From: Laetmonice hystrix
Lineage: Eukaryota
Length of the DNA stretch: 64,000 bases
Reading direction: 5' to 3'
Assembly: GCA_965235115.1 (NCBI GenBank)
Contig: OZ249439.1
Location: 15,004,001 to 15,068,000, forward strand
Both the position numbers and the translations under genes were made by a program. Below the pieces are notes generated by a model. The model was not told the origin of the DNA. It did not search any database and saw nothing but the letters and a program-made list of their open reading frames with translations. Each line of letters begins with the position of its first letter. Within the stretch, counting starts at the first letter, position 1. Positions 52,001-61,587 of the stretch are shown here, piece by piece.

Positions 52001-55000
52001 CATCAATCACTGCTTTAAACCTTTCAACACGACAGGGGGTGTTCTTGTGACGTTATGTCGTTTATAACATAGGAATTCTCCTTAAACAGGCAACCTTTTC
52101 TTATAGAACAATACTGTGCAGCTGAGTTTTGAAGCTCAATTCTCCAAAACTTTAGAATGTCGCCGAAACCAATTAAGGAAGGCGGGCTGAATTGAAAGAT
52201 GCCTCTGTGGTCTGCTCTGTACCGCCTTCTATTGGTAATCTGGGGGAGAAACAGGCCCAATGTGTGCCGGGAGGTAGGAAAGAGCAGATCGGGTCTAACT
52301 GACAGAGACGGATCGTGACCCCCCAGACGGCCGGCCGTACCAGATAGCCCGGTCGGCGTGTCATCCTCGCCCCGTATTTCCCACCATGATGGATGGCGCC
52401 TGGACTTGCCCACAGCGTACATTCGATGCGGCCATGTTGGCGGTGGGTGTGTCACGGAGGGCCGTGACGGAGGGCGGTCGGGTTCAGGAGGTGACGTCAG
52501 ACGGTGACGTAGGGGCGAGCTGCAAGGTCGGTGTCGGTCAGACGGTGAACGTTATCTGCCAGCAGCCTGGCACCTGGTACGGGCGCTCCTAGCGCCCTCT
52601 CGCGGCACCACTGACGGACGGAGGAACGCGCGACGACCGACACTTGATGTCACGTAAAACATGGTGGTGCGGACATAGTGGCATACAACTTCCGGTTTTT
52701 CGATTTCCGTGAAGTGCAGAGAGAGGCATGTCTGCAATAACTTCATGCAGAGCACAAGAGGCTTGTCTGCTGTGAGGGTCACTTCTTGAGGTGCGACAAA
52801 TTAAATTAAGAGCTCGGCGCAGAGACTGCCGATGTTATGGAAGCTGCCGGCAGTCACTGGTCGGTGTTATGGAGACTGCCGCACTGGTCGATGTTATGGA
52901 GACTGCCGTACTGGTCTGTGTTATGGAGACTGCCGCACTGGTCTGTGTTATGGAGACTGCCGCACTGGTCTGTGTTATGGAGACTGCCGCACTGGTCGAT
53001 GTTATGGAGACTGCCGCACTGGTCTGTGTTATGGAGACTGCCGCACTGGTCGATGTTATGGAGACTGCCGTACTGGTCGATGTTATGGAGACTGCCGTAC
53101 TGGTCGATGTTATGGAGACTGCCGTACTGGTCTGTGTTATGGAGACTGCCGCACTGGTCTGTGTTATGGAGACTGCCGCACTGGTCGATGTTATGGAGAC
53201 TGCCGTACTGGTCTGTGTTATGGAGACTGCCGTACTGGTCGATGTTATGGAAGCTGCCGGCAGTCACTGGTCGATGTTATGGAGACTGCCGTCGTCACTG
53301 ACCGATGTTATGGAGACTGCCGCAATCACCGGTCGATGTTATGGAGACTGCTGCAGTCTCTGGTCGATGGTATGGAGACTACCGCACTGGCCGATGTATC
53401 GACGAGTCCTGACGTTTACCAGGCCTAACGCATGCGTGTCCCCTCCAGACGTCACTTCCGGCACTCAACATGACCTCCTTACATAGTATACATACCTCGA
53501 CACATGCATTATACATGCTCATACACAACGAACTGAGGAATGACGTACAATAAAGAAAACAAAGCAAGCACGTCCATATTTGCAGTGAATAATAGGTGTG
53601 TCTGCCCTCCAACAGTTTGTATCTTTCCCATGAACCCACACTCGACAAAGCCGGATTATCCATTTCCTTTTGTGACCTTTTGTTTTCCTCTTCTCCCCTC
53701 CCTCAAACTCCGATAATCGGGCAGGGTTCCCTTTCCAGGCGGTCCAATGTACCATGGTGGATGGGCTTGTTTAACATGTCGTCTTGTAGCCGCCGCCGTA
53801 TTATAATGAATACGTCGGTCCAGCTGAAGGTCATGAGGAGGATAATGGTCGCCGTGGATCGGCCGACAATGACCTCAATAATGTATGGGTTGTCATTCAA
53901 TGTTGAGATTAACTCAAACACTACGAATGTTACATAGGGGATAGTTGTGGCTATTAGGCTAATTAAACTTATATCGCGACTAGGATTATGTCATACGAGA
54001 TACAGATAACAAGGATATTATCGGCAGGTCACAGCACAATATAGAGAGATGGGCGATAACTAAGTAAAAGTAACTTTTTGCCGCCCTGTGGTGGTATTTC
54101 CTAAATACGTGACAACGATGTCTACAATAAAAAGGCATTTCAGGAGGGGGTTCTATATTTTCCCATGGATTGCTAACTAAAGTTTTGTTTTTCTGGGGGT
54201 CGCCTTATTATCAAATTAACGAGAAAGCTACATTTTATGTGCAGTGTTTTACCAAATGCCGCACCGCGCTACTCAACACCCACGACCCTCACCTATCTTA
54301 TCTAATCGTCTCCTGCAGCAGGATCGCTGATGTTAACCTTGCCCGACTAAAATACACAACCCACATCTTTTATTTTTACACTGACGGGCCAAATGGGATA
54401 AAGCACGGATTCCAGCTTTCAAGGCCTCATCAGGTGCCCAATTAACTCAGCGGCCGATCTTAGAGACGACCCAGTTTAAAATGTCATTTGGTTAACTGAA
54501 GCTAGCCTCAACTAATGAAACCCACAGTACGGCAACACGCATTCAATTTGTGCACGCACCTGCTACAACTTGAAAGATGCGAATCAAGATAGGAACAAAG
54601 GCAACTGAGGTGTACACAAATAGCATGTGAATGATAAAGTATGCCTTAAATATTAAAAGTATAATATTCATCGTAACATGTTCTTCCGTGGATCTCTGAA
54701 GGAACATCCCCAGTACTCGTGCCCCTGGACCCCAGCCAAATCGTTATGATTTTTTCACAACTTCTGCAGGTTTCGTCATCAAAGGTTTCCCGGCAGTCAT
54801 GCATGATACAGGCATCACTGGCACCTCCAGGGTTATTGAAAGCCACTTGCCGCACGCAGGACCGAGTAGGCCCAGGGTAGGCAACCACAGACCGATCGCA
54901 AGAAATTCGCCTGTCATTTAAGACAACCAATTAAAGCACGGTGAAAGGAGACGCGTTAAACGTCCTGTGCTGGGCTGTGAATGGGGAAACAGGTGGTGTA

Positions 55001-58000
55001 CATTTAAGACGTGTTGGCGGGCATTGCTGGGAGCAATTAATGCAAGCGGAGCGGCAGTTGGAAGTATTCGCTCGATGGTTGTGGGAACTGGTAAGCTCGC
55101 CACAGACGGTGACAAACCAACTCCCCGCTTATCTTTACTGGACAAATACGCTGGGGAATGGATTTATCATTGCACCATCACATTTTTAGGGATTTCACTA
55201 AATTCCATCCTCCTTGGGACGCCCGATGAAATCGACCAGCCTCCGTCGCCAGTGTCTGGACTCAGTCGCCATGGGGATGTCTTAGCGTTCGTTAGTCATA
55301 CAAACTCCCGATAGGGCAGTATAGACAACTTCCCAATCTCACCCGACCAGTTTATACTGCTCGTTCATAGTCCTCCGTGGGCTATTATCTTCAGAAACGT
55401 GGGGGAGTGAACTCTTTAGTTTCAACTCTTGGGCTAATCGTGGCGTATATTTTGTTCGTTTAGGGTTGGTCTGATTTGCCATCATCACGCTTTCCTCGGA
55501 ATAATTTTGACTTAAGTATATCGTTTTATCTACGGTTCTTTCCTTTTCAATATTCTCTTGCATGCGTGGTATCAGTTTTACATAGGCATAGCCTATATTT
55601 ATTCAGAATAACATCCGAACATGTCATAAAACTGATACTCTAACAACGTAATGGGAATGTTTGAATTATTGTATGCCACTGTAAAAAACCTTGAATGGTA
55701 AAGGATATTTAAACTGGTGGCTGGATTCAGTCCACTCCATGACAAGGATATCTTCCGACGCTACTGAAGGTCCCCTCCTTCATTAAAATCAACATTGGCA
55801 TCTCGGGAAAGATTACAGAGCATTGCCAACGGTCTGCACAGGTTACAGAGACCAGCTAGTGTTGACCTAAACATGGCCGTGTATATAGTCTGACAGGGTG
55901 TAGTATGTAACTCCATTTTTACAAAGTCCATGACGTTCCGTTCGATCGACTGGCTGCAGTTACTATCAACAGTAACTATACACCTCGGTAACAAGGCCGT
56001 TTTTTTCCCTTCACAAACAAGCAACCCCAAAAAGAACGTAAAAAACGTTCCTTTTTTCTCGATCGATGTGAGGGATCGTCTTACCATGACAGCTGCGTGC
56101 TTACACATTATTTTAGCTACCGGTTCGGGTAAATATTGTCACGGCACTTCACGGTACTAAGAAATTGTTAAACTATATCCGTCAATGAGCTGCAATATCG
56201 AAGTTTATTTATAAAATCTCTACAAGGTCAGCAAACACAGGTACACTGGCAGCCTCATGTAAATAGTAAATTACTTCTGACCATGGCAAGTTATTCCCAA
56301 TGGTTTCGTGAAAGCTCCAGAAAGACCCCTGCTTCATGTATAAATCCCGTATAGGCGCGTCACTCCATGCAGATTGTGATCGAAGTGTCGCAAAGTTCAC
56401 TATTACATCCAATGGAACAGACAGGTGAAAACACATTGAGCTTTTCACCAATACAGATATATGCGCACACAATGACTGTTCCCCAAACACATAATCCCCA
56501 AATGCTCTTTGACGTTTACGACACCAGTGAGCGGTAAAGCGCTCTAAATGTAACAAGGGAAATATAACCTCCATATAAAAGCCACCAGCCAATTTTTAGG
56601 AGAACCCTGATATTGGATGTCATTGTTTCATGATAAAACTGTGCCATCCGCGAAACGCAGAACATCCCTTGGATAGAATATCAAAGGACGTTGAGTCTTC
56701 GCACGTCAATGTTGGTTGTTTCCTGTGTTCTTGAACCAGAACCAGTAATTTAAACGTAGATGTTCCAGAAGATTCACCCCCCCCCCCCCCGCCGACCATC
56801 GTCATCTATAGAGTCTGTAGATCTCATCCCTAGAGCCTACATCCACAATGTTCCTGTCCAGATTGGTGTGGTATCCCAACACATGGTGGCCAGACAGTAT
56901 TCTCACAGTTATAATGTGTGTATCAGTCTGGATACGGAATATTTCGGGGTTAATTGCCAGCTGAGTCCAAGCCCAAGAGGCACGCGCAGTAACAGCCGGG
57001 CAGGTCCAGTATCTTGGATTAATGCCCAGTTTGGGATTAGACGCCCTGTCTGGCTCATTAGGCCATTGTTGGTCAGACAATAATAGGATGTCTCGTCTTG
57101 ATTGAGGATACCGACATCAATCCTTGCTCAGATTGATATATCGTAAGGTATAGGCCAAGCCCTGCAGGGCCAGTTGCATGATTTCCCATTCGTCAAAATT
57201 TGCACTGAAAATAAACTGGAGATACTTTCCACTGAGGACAATTTAACTTCAATTCACTGGATGTATTCAGCAAGACGGGTTCCATGGGTTCGGCCGGTAA
57301 GAATACATTCTTTCAAACTTGTTCAGACCTCCGGTCCTTGTGGTCCGTTTGGTCCTTGTGCCTGAGAGACTATGTGATGACAATGAGGATGATGGTGACG
57401 ATAAAACAAACAAAGAGGAATTGGTAATCCCCTGAATCTCTTCATCCGACATGCCTCAGATAGTGGTCGGCGACCTAGTCCATGCCCCGGACCGTTGGGG
57501 GCTCACAACGAAGGCTAAACCTTGGTTCCACGCTGGGAATCATAACCATTGATTACAATATCTCAACTCAAACCCGTTTCTAATTCTGTACACGAGTAGG
57601 ACGCATGGACACGCACGGCATGGAGCTGACGGCTCAACAGAAACCATCAACGTCATACCTGTCTTCAAGATGTTGCAATTCATGGCGCCATTAAGGACGG
57701 TGGCGAGCCACAGATTTTATTCCGTTGATCTTTTCATCTGGAGAGGTCACAGCCCCGGTGTTTGTCACGGAGTCTGTTCTACCATTCAGAGGCAGACTGA
57801 TCGGTGGTGTGTGGGGGGAGGGGAGGGGGACGTCCGGCCCGTGAGGAGATCGGGCAGGGCGATCCTCGCCATGGCCTTTACGACAAATTCCCAATATCAA
57901 TAGACTTGATATGAATGCAATATTGGCGCCGGTAACACCAACACACTATCAACCGTCAGCGGTTTTATTAAGGCTGGCATGACTCTGTCTCTCTATTTGC

Positions 58001-61000
58001 CCTCGGCCATGATCCAACCCATATTTTGAGCCCATAGGTGCGCGTCGTTCGTTTGGAATCAATATCTGCAGTGCGCCAAATGTTCAGCGGAACCATTCGT
58101 ATCGTCATATTCGGCTGTAAAATGTCGTTACAGATCGATCCTGGCGTAGACTTTCTTCCAAAGTTATTTCCAAGTATTAACGGGGAAAATGTTCCCAAAA
58201 CGGTAATAGTTGGTGCCTTTCCGACCCACTTCGGCGGACGATTCCCCAAGCCTCTGGCTAAACGGGACCCAGCCGACCAGAAATAAAACATTCCGGCCCG
58301 CTTTCTTTTTGGTCAGATAGAATCCAAGCTGTATATCTCATCCATGCGTGCTGGCTTCTAGAAACATTGGTGTTGTCCACTAGGGGTTCTGTATGCGAAC
58401 GATTCATTATCGTCGACGATGCGCGTGGCTTCTTCAAAGAATGTATTGAGAACAGATGGAGGAGACGGAGATCTCAATCAATAAATGTGAGACGTACAAG
58501 GTGGACGATCAGCGACACCTAGGCTGATTGGCTGGCTGTGACTTGGCAAAGACGCTCAAAAGAAAGTGGCCGCGGAACGCTTGGCGTTGTGTGGACAGAA
58601 GTGAAACCGGCCAGTTGTCCAGGGACTATAGCGGCCTCATCTTGCACTAGTGTCCGCCAACAAACGGTTGTTATTGATTGGGCGGAGTTGTGCAGAGTTT
58701 ATTACAGGCGTATGCAATTAGCGCGCCATGTTGCCGCGTAGCTAGCCTTTAGAGGCGGCACGTCCGCCCTGATGGAATCGTCCGCGGCCACCAGAGGCGC
58801 TGTCATTGTCAACTGCCGTTTGCACGCATGCAATCTGGGCTACGGCGCTCACTCTGCCTACTGCGCAGGCTCACCTGTTTAGGACGTCACGACGATTGGG
58901 ACGTTCTCATCGTCATTCACCGTCTGGCCTCCAGCATGGGACGGGTAGGACATCGTCGGTCCGACAGTCGACTCCCACCGGACCACGACCAACCCTCCCG
59001 GGGCTGCCATTCCTACCCTCCATCGTCAACACTTCACCACAACAATTAGCTTTCGAAAATTGAAGCCACTGATCTAGGACGATTTCTAATCAGCGCGCCT
59101 ATTATTCTAGCGTCACTGTTTTGCTTAGATTTATTGAAGTATTAGAAAATAGTCGCAATTTTTAATTTCTTTAAAATTTCTAGGAAATTCACTGTTTCAC
59201 CGAATCCTTTTTTGTTAAAGATAACAGCTAAGATGCTGCTTTCACGAAATCACGGGTGGAACTTTTTGAGGGCGTTAATTTGAAAGAGCCTCTGCATAGG
59301 CCTATAGGGCCTAAGTTGATTCCAACGAAATTAAGGGTGGTGCCTAGCGGTAGGGAACAATATCCCCGTTCAAATGAAAGGGGAACAAAGAAAAGGCGAA
59401 AGAGTCGGTTTGTGTACGTTGATCCATGATTAAAAGCATGTTCTCAATCCGAGTCCGTTGTGTCGGTGCGTTCCCTGCGGGCCGGTGACCACCCACGTTC
59501 CAAGGAGGACAGGGACATGGGAGAACCAAGGAAGGCGCGGTAGGTGCCCGTCCACAGATAGCTGATTGGAGGGATTCAATCCATCACTCTGTCGGTGCCG
59601 GCGATCCCGATCTGCCCTCAGCGCTTGTCCTCGGGGATAGAACCGCTCTGATGTATGATAGACCCAGCCTTGTCTCCCCAGTCGTCGAACCTTGGGGAAT
59701 TGCAGTCAAATACCCACCGATCAGAGTAAGAAACGTCAAGAGAAATTTCAGCATTCGACGACAGGTTATCCATTGCCAGGAGCTGTATTGCTACGACCGG
59801 GAAGAGGCCTCACTTATAGCCAACTGGGATCATTCGGCCCAATCTCTATCGCAGATAGTTTATTTTGAATATGATGGATGAGGTTGCTCGGGATTAATAT
59901 TATGCAGGGGACCGTTTGTCCACTTTCTGTGTCCGTGCTTTCCTTTAAGTCCTATTTTTAAATCCACGTTGATGTATGTCGTCTGCAGTCACAGTGCTAT
60001 CCATTTCCTCGTTCAGCCCATACCGGGGTGATGACAGAACGATACACATGATCCCCTGGCATTAAAGGATCCCACTTCAGGTACGAAAACCTGGCAATCC
60101 CCATCACTGATTGTCTGAACGCTAGGCCCAGAGATCTGTGATTTTGCACCACACGGTGGCACCCGCATTCTGTGGCGCCAGTCAGCTATGACTACGTAAC
60201 TTGTACTTGAACTGGCTGAAAAAAATACTGTCAACAGATTCAATCGAATAAAATCTAGGTGGTCATGTCAATCCAAACATGTGCACCATTAAGTTGACCT
60301 TTGCGGAAACCTGTGCGGATGGATTTCTTGTTATTTAGAAATCTTACCTGATGACCTACTGAGGGGATGCTCGTGTTCACAGGGGAAACTTTCCGCAATA
60401 CGGGCGTAATGATACAAGGGCGCGTCAGCAAAAAAGTACGGATGTTATTTGGTGAATGTAATATGAAGTGTGAAAACTAATAATTAGTATGGTCGACTCC
60501 TCCAAACTGTCATGCTTCTAATTGACAGCAATCATCTAGGTGGGAATTTTCTAGAAGGTTTAATTTCAATGTCGTTATCATAATTTAGCCGGTTAGTGCA
60601 GCACACTGCTAGGTTCAGTGACCTTCAATACGGGTTTCCATGCCATTGACATGTCATGGCACGGCACCGTCGGCTCCTGCACAGCATGGCACGTTCAAAA
60701 CCAACACATTTTTTTCATACGATACCAGTATGAGATCAAGGCGTGTACCCACTTCTATTTCAAATATCAATGTATTACGTTAAGGGCAAAGAGTAAAGAA
60801 GAAATCACCACTATTTCTTTGACACCATGATTTCTAGAGCGACCAGTTTCCAAAAAGATGCTGACGTGTTGAGCCGACGATAAGATTACTGCCGATGTTA
60901 TTAATTGAAAGAAAAAAAAACACGGCGCTACTTCAAACACCATTCTAGTGTCAAGTAACCGTGTGGATGACCTCCGTAACATTTAGCGATCATGACACTC

Positions 61001-61587
61001 TATTGATCCAGTATGAGGGATCTAAAACGACCGGCCTCTGATGTCATTCCACACAGCCCCCGACAACACTTTGACGTGAATCCGTCGCCAATGTTTTCAA
61101 CCTGAGATCGAGAAAGACGAGCACGTGCAAGGCACCATTGGGCGCCTGTATCAACGAGACAATAACCTACTAGTGCTGCCTCAGGTGCTTTCGGATCACA
61201 TCGAAAGCTAAAAGTCTATCCGTTATCATTTCATGGTATTATATTACAGGATTTTAATAACTGAATTTCAACAATGTATGCCTCTAGCTTCCTAAAGGCC
61301 CAGTCATACTAGGGGATGGGTTTACGAGTTTTAGTTAACTGTCGGCTTCAAATCTATACAATGAAATATTTAAGGAAACTCCTTTTAATGATTGAGCGAA
61401 TATTAGTATGACTTACCAATGAAAATGTCTCGAGGTCCTGATGAAGAATGGCTACCGTATCCCAGCCAAAGTACTGTATGAAGGTTTTCCTGGCAGCGTT
61501 ATGTGAGGAATCGGCCGCCGCCAGACGATAGAAAGTCGGGTATTTTTCTCGTTTGCTGAGGGCAGGCGATGTAGCACCGTACGAAAT
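21000..61587 (-). CDS. GABA-B-R3: Gene B: metabotropic GABA-B receptor, invertebrate R3-type subunit; 15 exons found, 5' exons not located
   Basis: Exons 61587-61417, 50917-50807, 49950-49885, 47857-47669, 43579-43337, 42626-42566, 41980-41891, 41083-40933, 36625-36493, 31192-31076, 30609-30487, 27743-27408, 23310-23155, 22236-22091, 21810-21000 splice in frame (2904 nt). Motifs [59 protein letters not shown] and NTRRF..D...EL.YR.EVQNRVYK match the Drosophila GABA-B-R3 sequence as I recall it. Confidence 0.9.
22091..22236 (-). CDS. GABA-B-R3: Gene B exon (LDQEIMRIERLLE...KEFIR)
   Basis: atggcag / gtgcac boundaries; second half of the coiled coil. Confidence 0.78.
23155..23310 (-). CDS. GABA-B-R3: Gene B exon (IYAIIKH...NTRRFAVDEKKELYYRAEVQNRVYKRELVE)
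   Basis: tttttttag / gtaagt boundaries; R3-like C-tail motif; not present as an ORF in the supplied track. Confidence 0.88.
24787..25345. repeat. 62-bp tandem repeat, about 9 copies
   Basis: aaaacatttcaacgtcattcacacagctctcaacatctgaaactgagacatagatgtgtggt repeated. Confidence 0.95.
27408..27743 (-). CDS. GABA-B-R3: Gene B exon, ECL2-TM5-TM7
   Basis: cttgccag / gtacgc boundaries; [32 protein letters not shown]...LFLPK. Confidence 0.95.
27752..28098. repeat. 32-bp tandem repeat, about 10 copies, abutting the acceptor of exon 27743
   Basis: aaattaccacactgtaccaagggcagtattgt repeated. Confidence 0.95.
28191..28443. repeat. 53-bp tandem repeat, about 4.7 copies
   Basis: ggttttacttatttatgagttt(a/g)cctgcatgataattatggagagtaaatgta repeated. 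Confidence 0.93.
28998..29135. mobile_element. MITE-like element with 12-bp perfect terminal inverted repeats; related copy at 46781-46916
   Basis: actaaacaccga ... tcggtgtttagt; internal cggtaaattcgctcggtt(t/g)cggtg and taccaaaaccgacc are shared with 46781-46916. Confidence 0.6.
29177..29293. mobile_element. MITE-like element with 26-bp imperfect terminal inverted repeats
   Basis: catgtcgggtaatggcagtgacgtca versus the reverse complement of tgacgtcacgaccattccccgacttg (22/26 match); internal aaccctaacctaa. Confidence 0.55.
30350..30401. repeat. (GCGCAG)n microsatellite, about 8 copies
   Basis: Direct reading of the sequence. Confidence 0.95.
30487..30609 (-). CDS. GABA-B-R3: Gene B exon, TM4 (LLKDKQLLFIVVALLVVDVSIIALWVVIDPM...)
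   Basis: cccatag / gtcagt boundaries, 41 codons. Confidence 0.92.
31076..31192 (-). CDS. GABA-B-R3: Gene B exon, TM3 (VRAFLLAAGFSLAFGAMFTKTYRVHQIF...)
   Basis: atttcag / gttagt boundaries, 39 codons. Confidence 0.93.
33629..33990. other. Assembly gap (362 N), flanked on the right by a (CTG)n tract
   Basis: Run of N; ctgctgctg...ctgctg at about 33991-34043. Confidence 0.99.
36493..36625 (-). CDS. GABA-B-R3: Gene B exon, TM2 ([17 protein letters not shown]...IMCT)
   Basis: cgcacag / gtgagt boundaries, phase 2-0. Confidence 0.92.
36600..36990. repeat. 54-bp tandem repeat, about 7 copies; unit = acceptor + first about 28 nt of exon 36625
   Basis: Minus-strand unit ttgttttcgcacag|gtacatcaaactgtccagtccaaagttatacaacagttga. 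Confidence 0.96.
40490..40958. repeat. About 42-bp tandem repeat, about 11 copies; unit = last about 26 nt of exon 40933 + donor
   Basis: cgatacctactttagtttcctatgg(c/t)agagattgaacagagctg repeated; copies degrade with distance from the exon. Confidence 0.93.
40933..41083 (-). CDS. GABA-B-R3: Gene B exon, TM1 (GKVPADK...AFYTVCASSSVGILVASFFLGFNLYHRKLK)
   Basis: gctgcag / gtaggt boundaries, phase 1-2. Confidence 0.9.
41891..41980 (-). CDS. GABA-B-R3: Gene B exon (GEIQRIALFYPENNTLDFNCPGCGAIHWK)
   Basis: cttttcag / gtcagt boundaries; R3-like LDFxCxxC motif. Confidence 0.85.
42566..42626 (-). CDS. GABA-B-R3: Gene B exon (GPVSFDGPDRRGISVLEQNQ)
   Basis: tacacag / gtatgg boundaries; GPVSFxGPDR motif. 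Confidence 0.87.
43337..43579 (-). CDS. GABA-B-R3: Gene B exon (TTEEFL...YAQVTYDTVWTVAL...FMGVS)
   Basis: cttacag / gtaagg boundaries, 81 codons. Confidence 0.9.
46057..46233. repeat. 46-bp tandem repeat, about 3.8 copies
   Basis: acatattaaccataacatattaaagtacggtttgatggatacacat repeated. Confidence 0.92.
46781..46916. mobile_element. Diverged second copy of the 28998-29135 MITE-like family
   Basis: 23/24 identity over cggtaaattcgctcggttNcggtg, plus shared aaacaccga and taccaaaaccgacc. Confidence 0.5.
47050..47315. mobile_element. MITE with 25-bp terminal inverted repeats, possible TAA target-site duplication (PIF/Harbinger-like)
   Basis: tcccccacttacctgtcctattccc ... gggaataggacaggtaagttgggga (24/25 match); taa lies one base outside each end. 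Confidence 0.7.
47669..47857 (-). CDS. GABA-B-R3: Gene B exon (AYRLGMYGARYVWML...NAIIGNRRSLSGL)
   Basis: tttgtag / gtaaga boundaries, 63 codons. Confidence 0.92.
49057..49070 (+). promoter_or_regulatory. CTCF-like motif CCGCCAGGGGGCGC
   Basis: Close match to the CTCF core consensus CCRCYAGRKGGCRS; function untested. Confidence 0.4.
49885..49950 (-). CDS. GABA-B-R3: Gene B exon (RTDARIIIGSFQEDAARQVFCE)
   Basis: accctcag / gtttgt boundaries, 22 codons; RIIIGSF motif. Confidence 0.9.
50807..50917 (-). CDS. GABA-B-R3: Gene B exon (AVNDMHATFNKVNISVVATQTF...LELN)
   Basis: ccaacag / gtaagc boundaries, 37 codons. Confidence 0.88.
50958..51525. repeat. 40-42-bp tandem repeat, about 14 copies, about 40 nt upstream of the acceptor of exon 50917
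   Basis: acacctcaaactggtgggaaccattagtctatcacctcac(ac) repeated. Confidence 0.95.
52830..53395. repeat. 27-bp tandem repeat, about 20 copies
   Basis: gttatggagactgccg(c/t)actggtc(gat/tgt) repeated; open in four frames because the unit is a multiple of 3. Confidence 0.95.
61417..61587 (-). CDS. GABA-B-R3: Gene B exon ([33 protein letters not shown]...FSL), VFT
   Basis: cttgcag / gtaagt boundaries, 57 codons; canonical GABA-B VFT motif. Confidence 0.93.

Noticed and set aside
52791-53486. Cys-rich (CYGDCRTG)n and other repeat ORFs in four frames
   Set aside because: A 27-bp unit free of stops in several frames is expected from a minisatellite; no splice or start context and no flanking domain.
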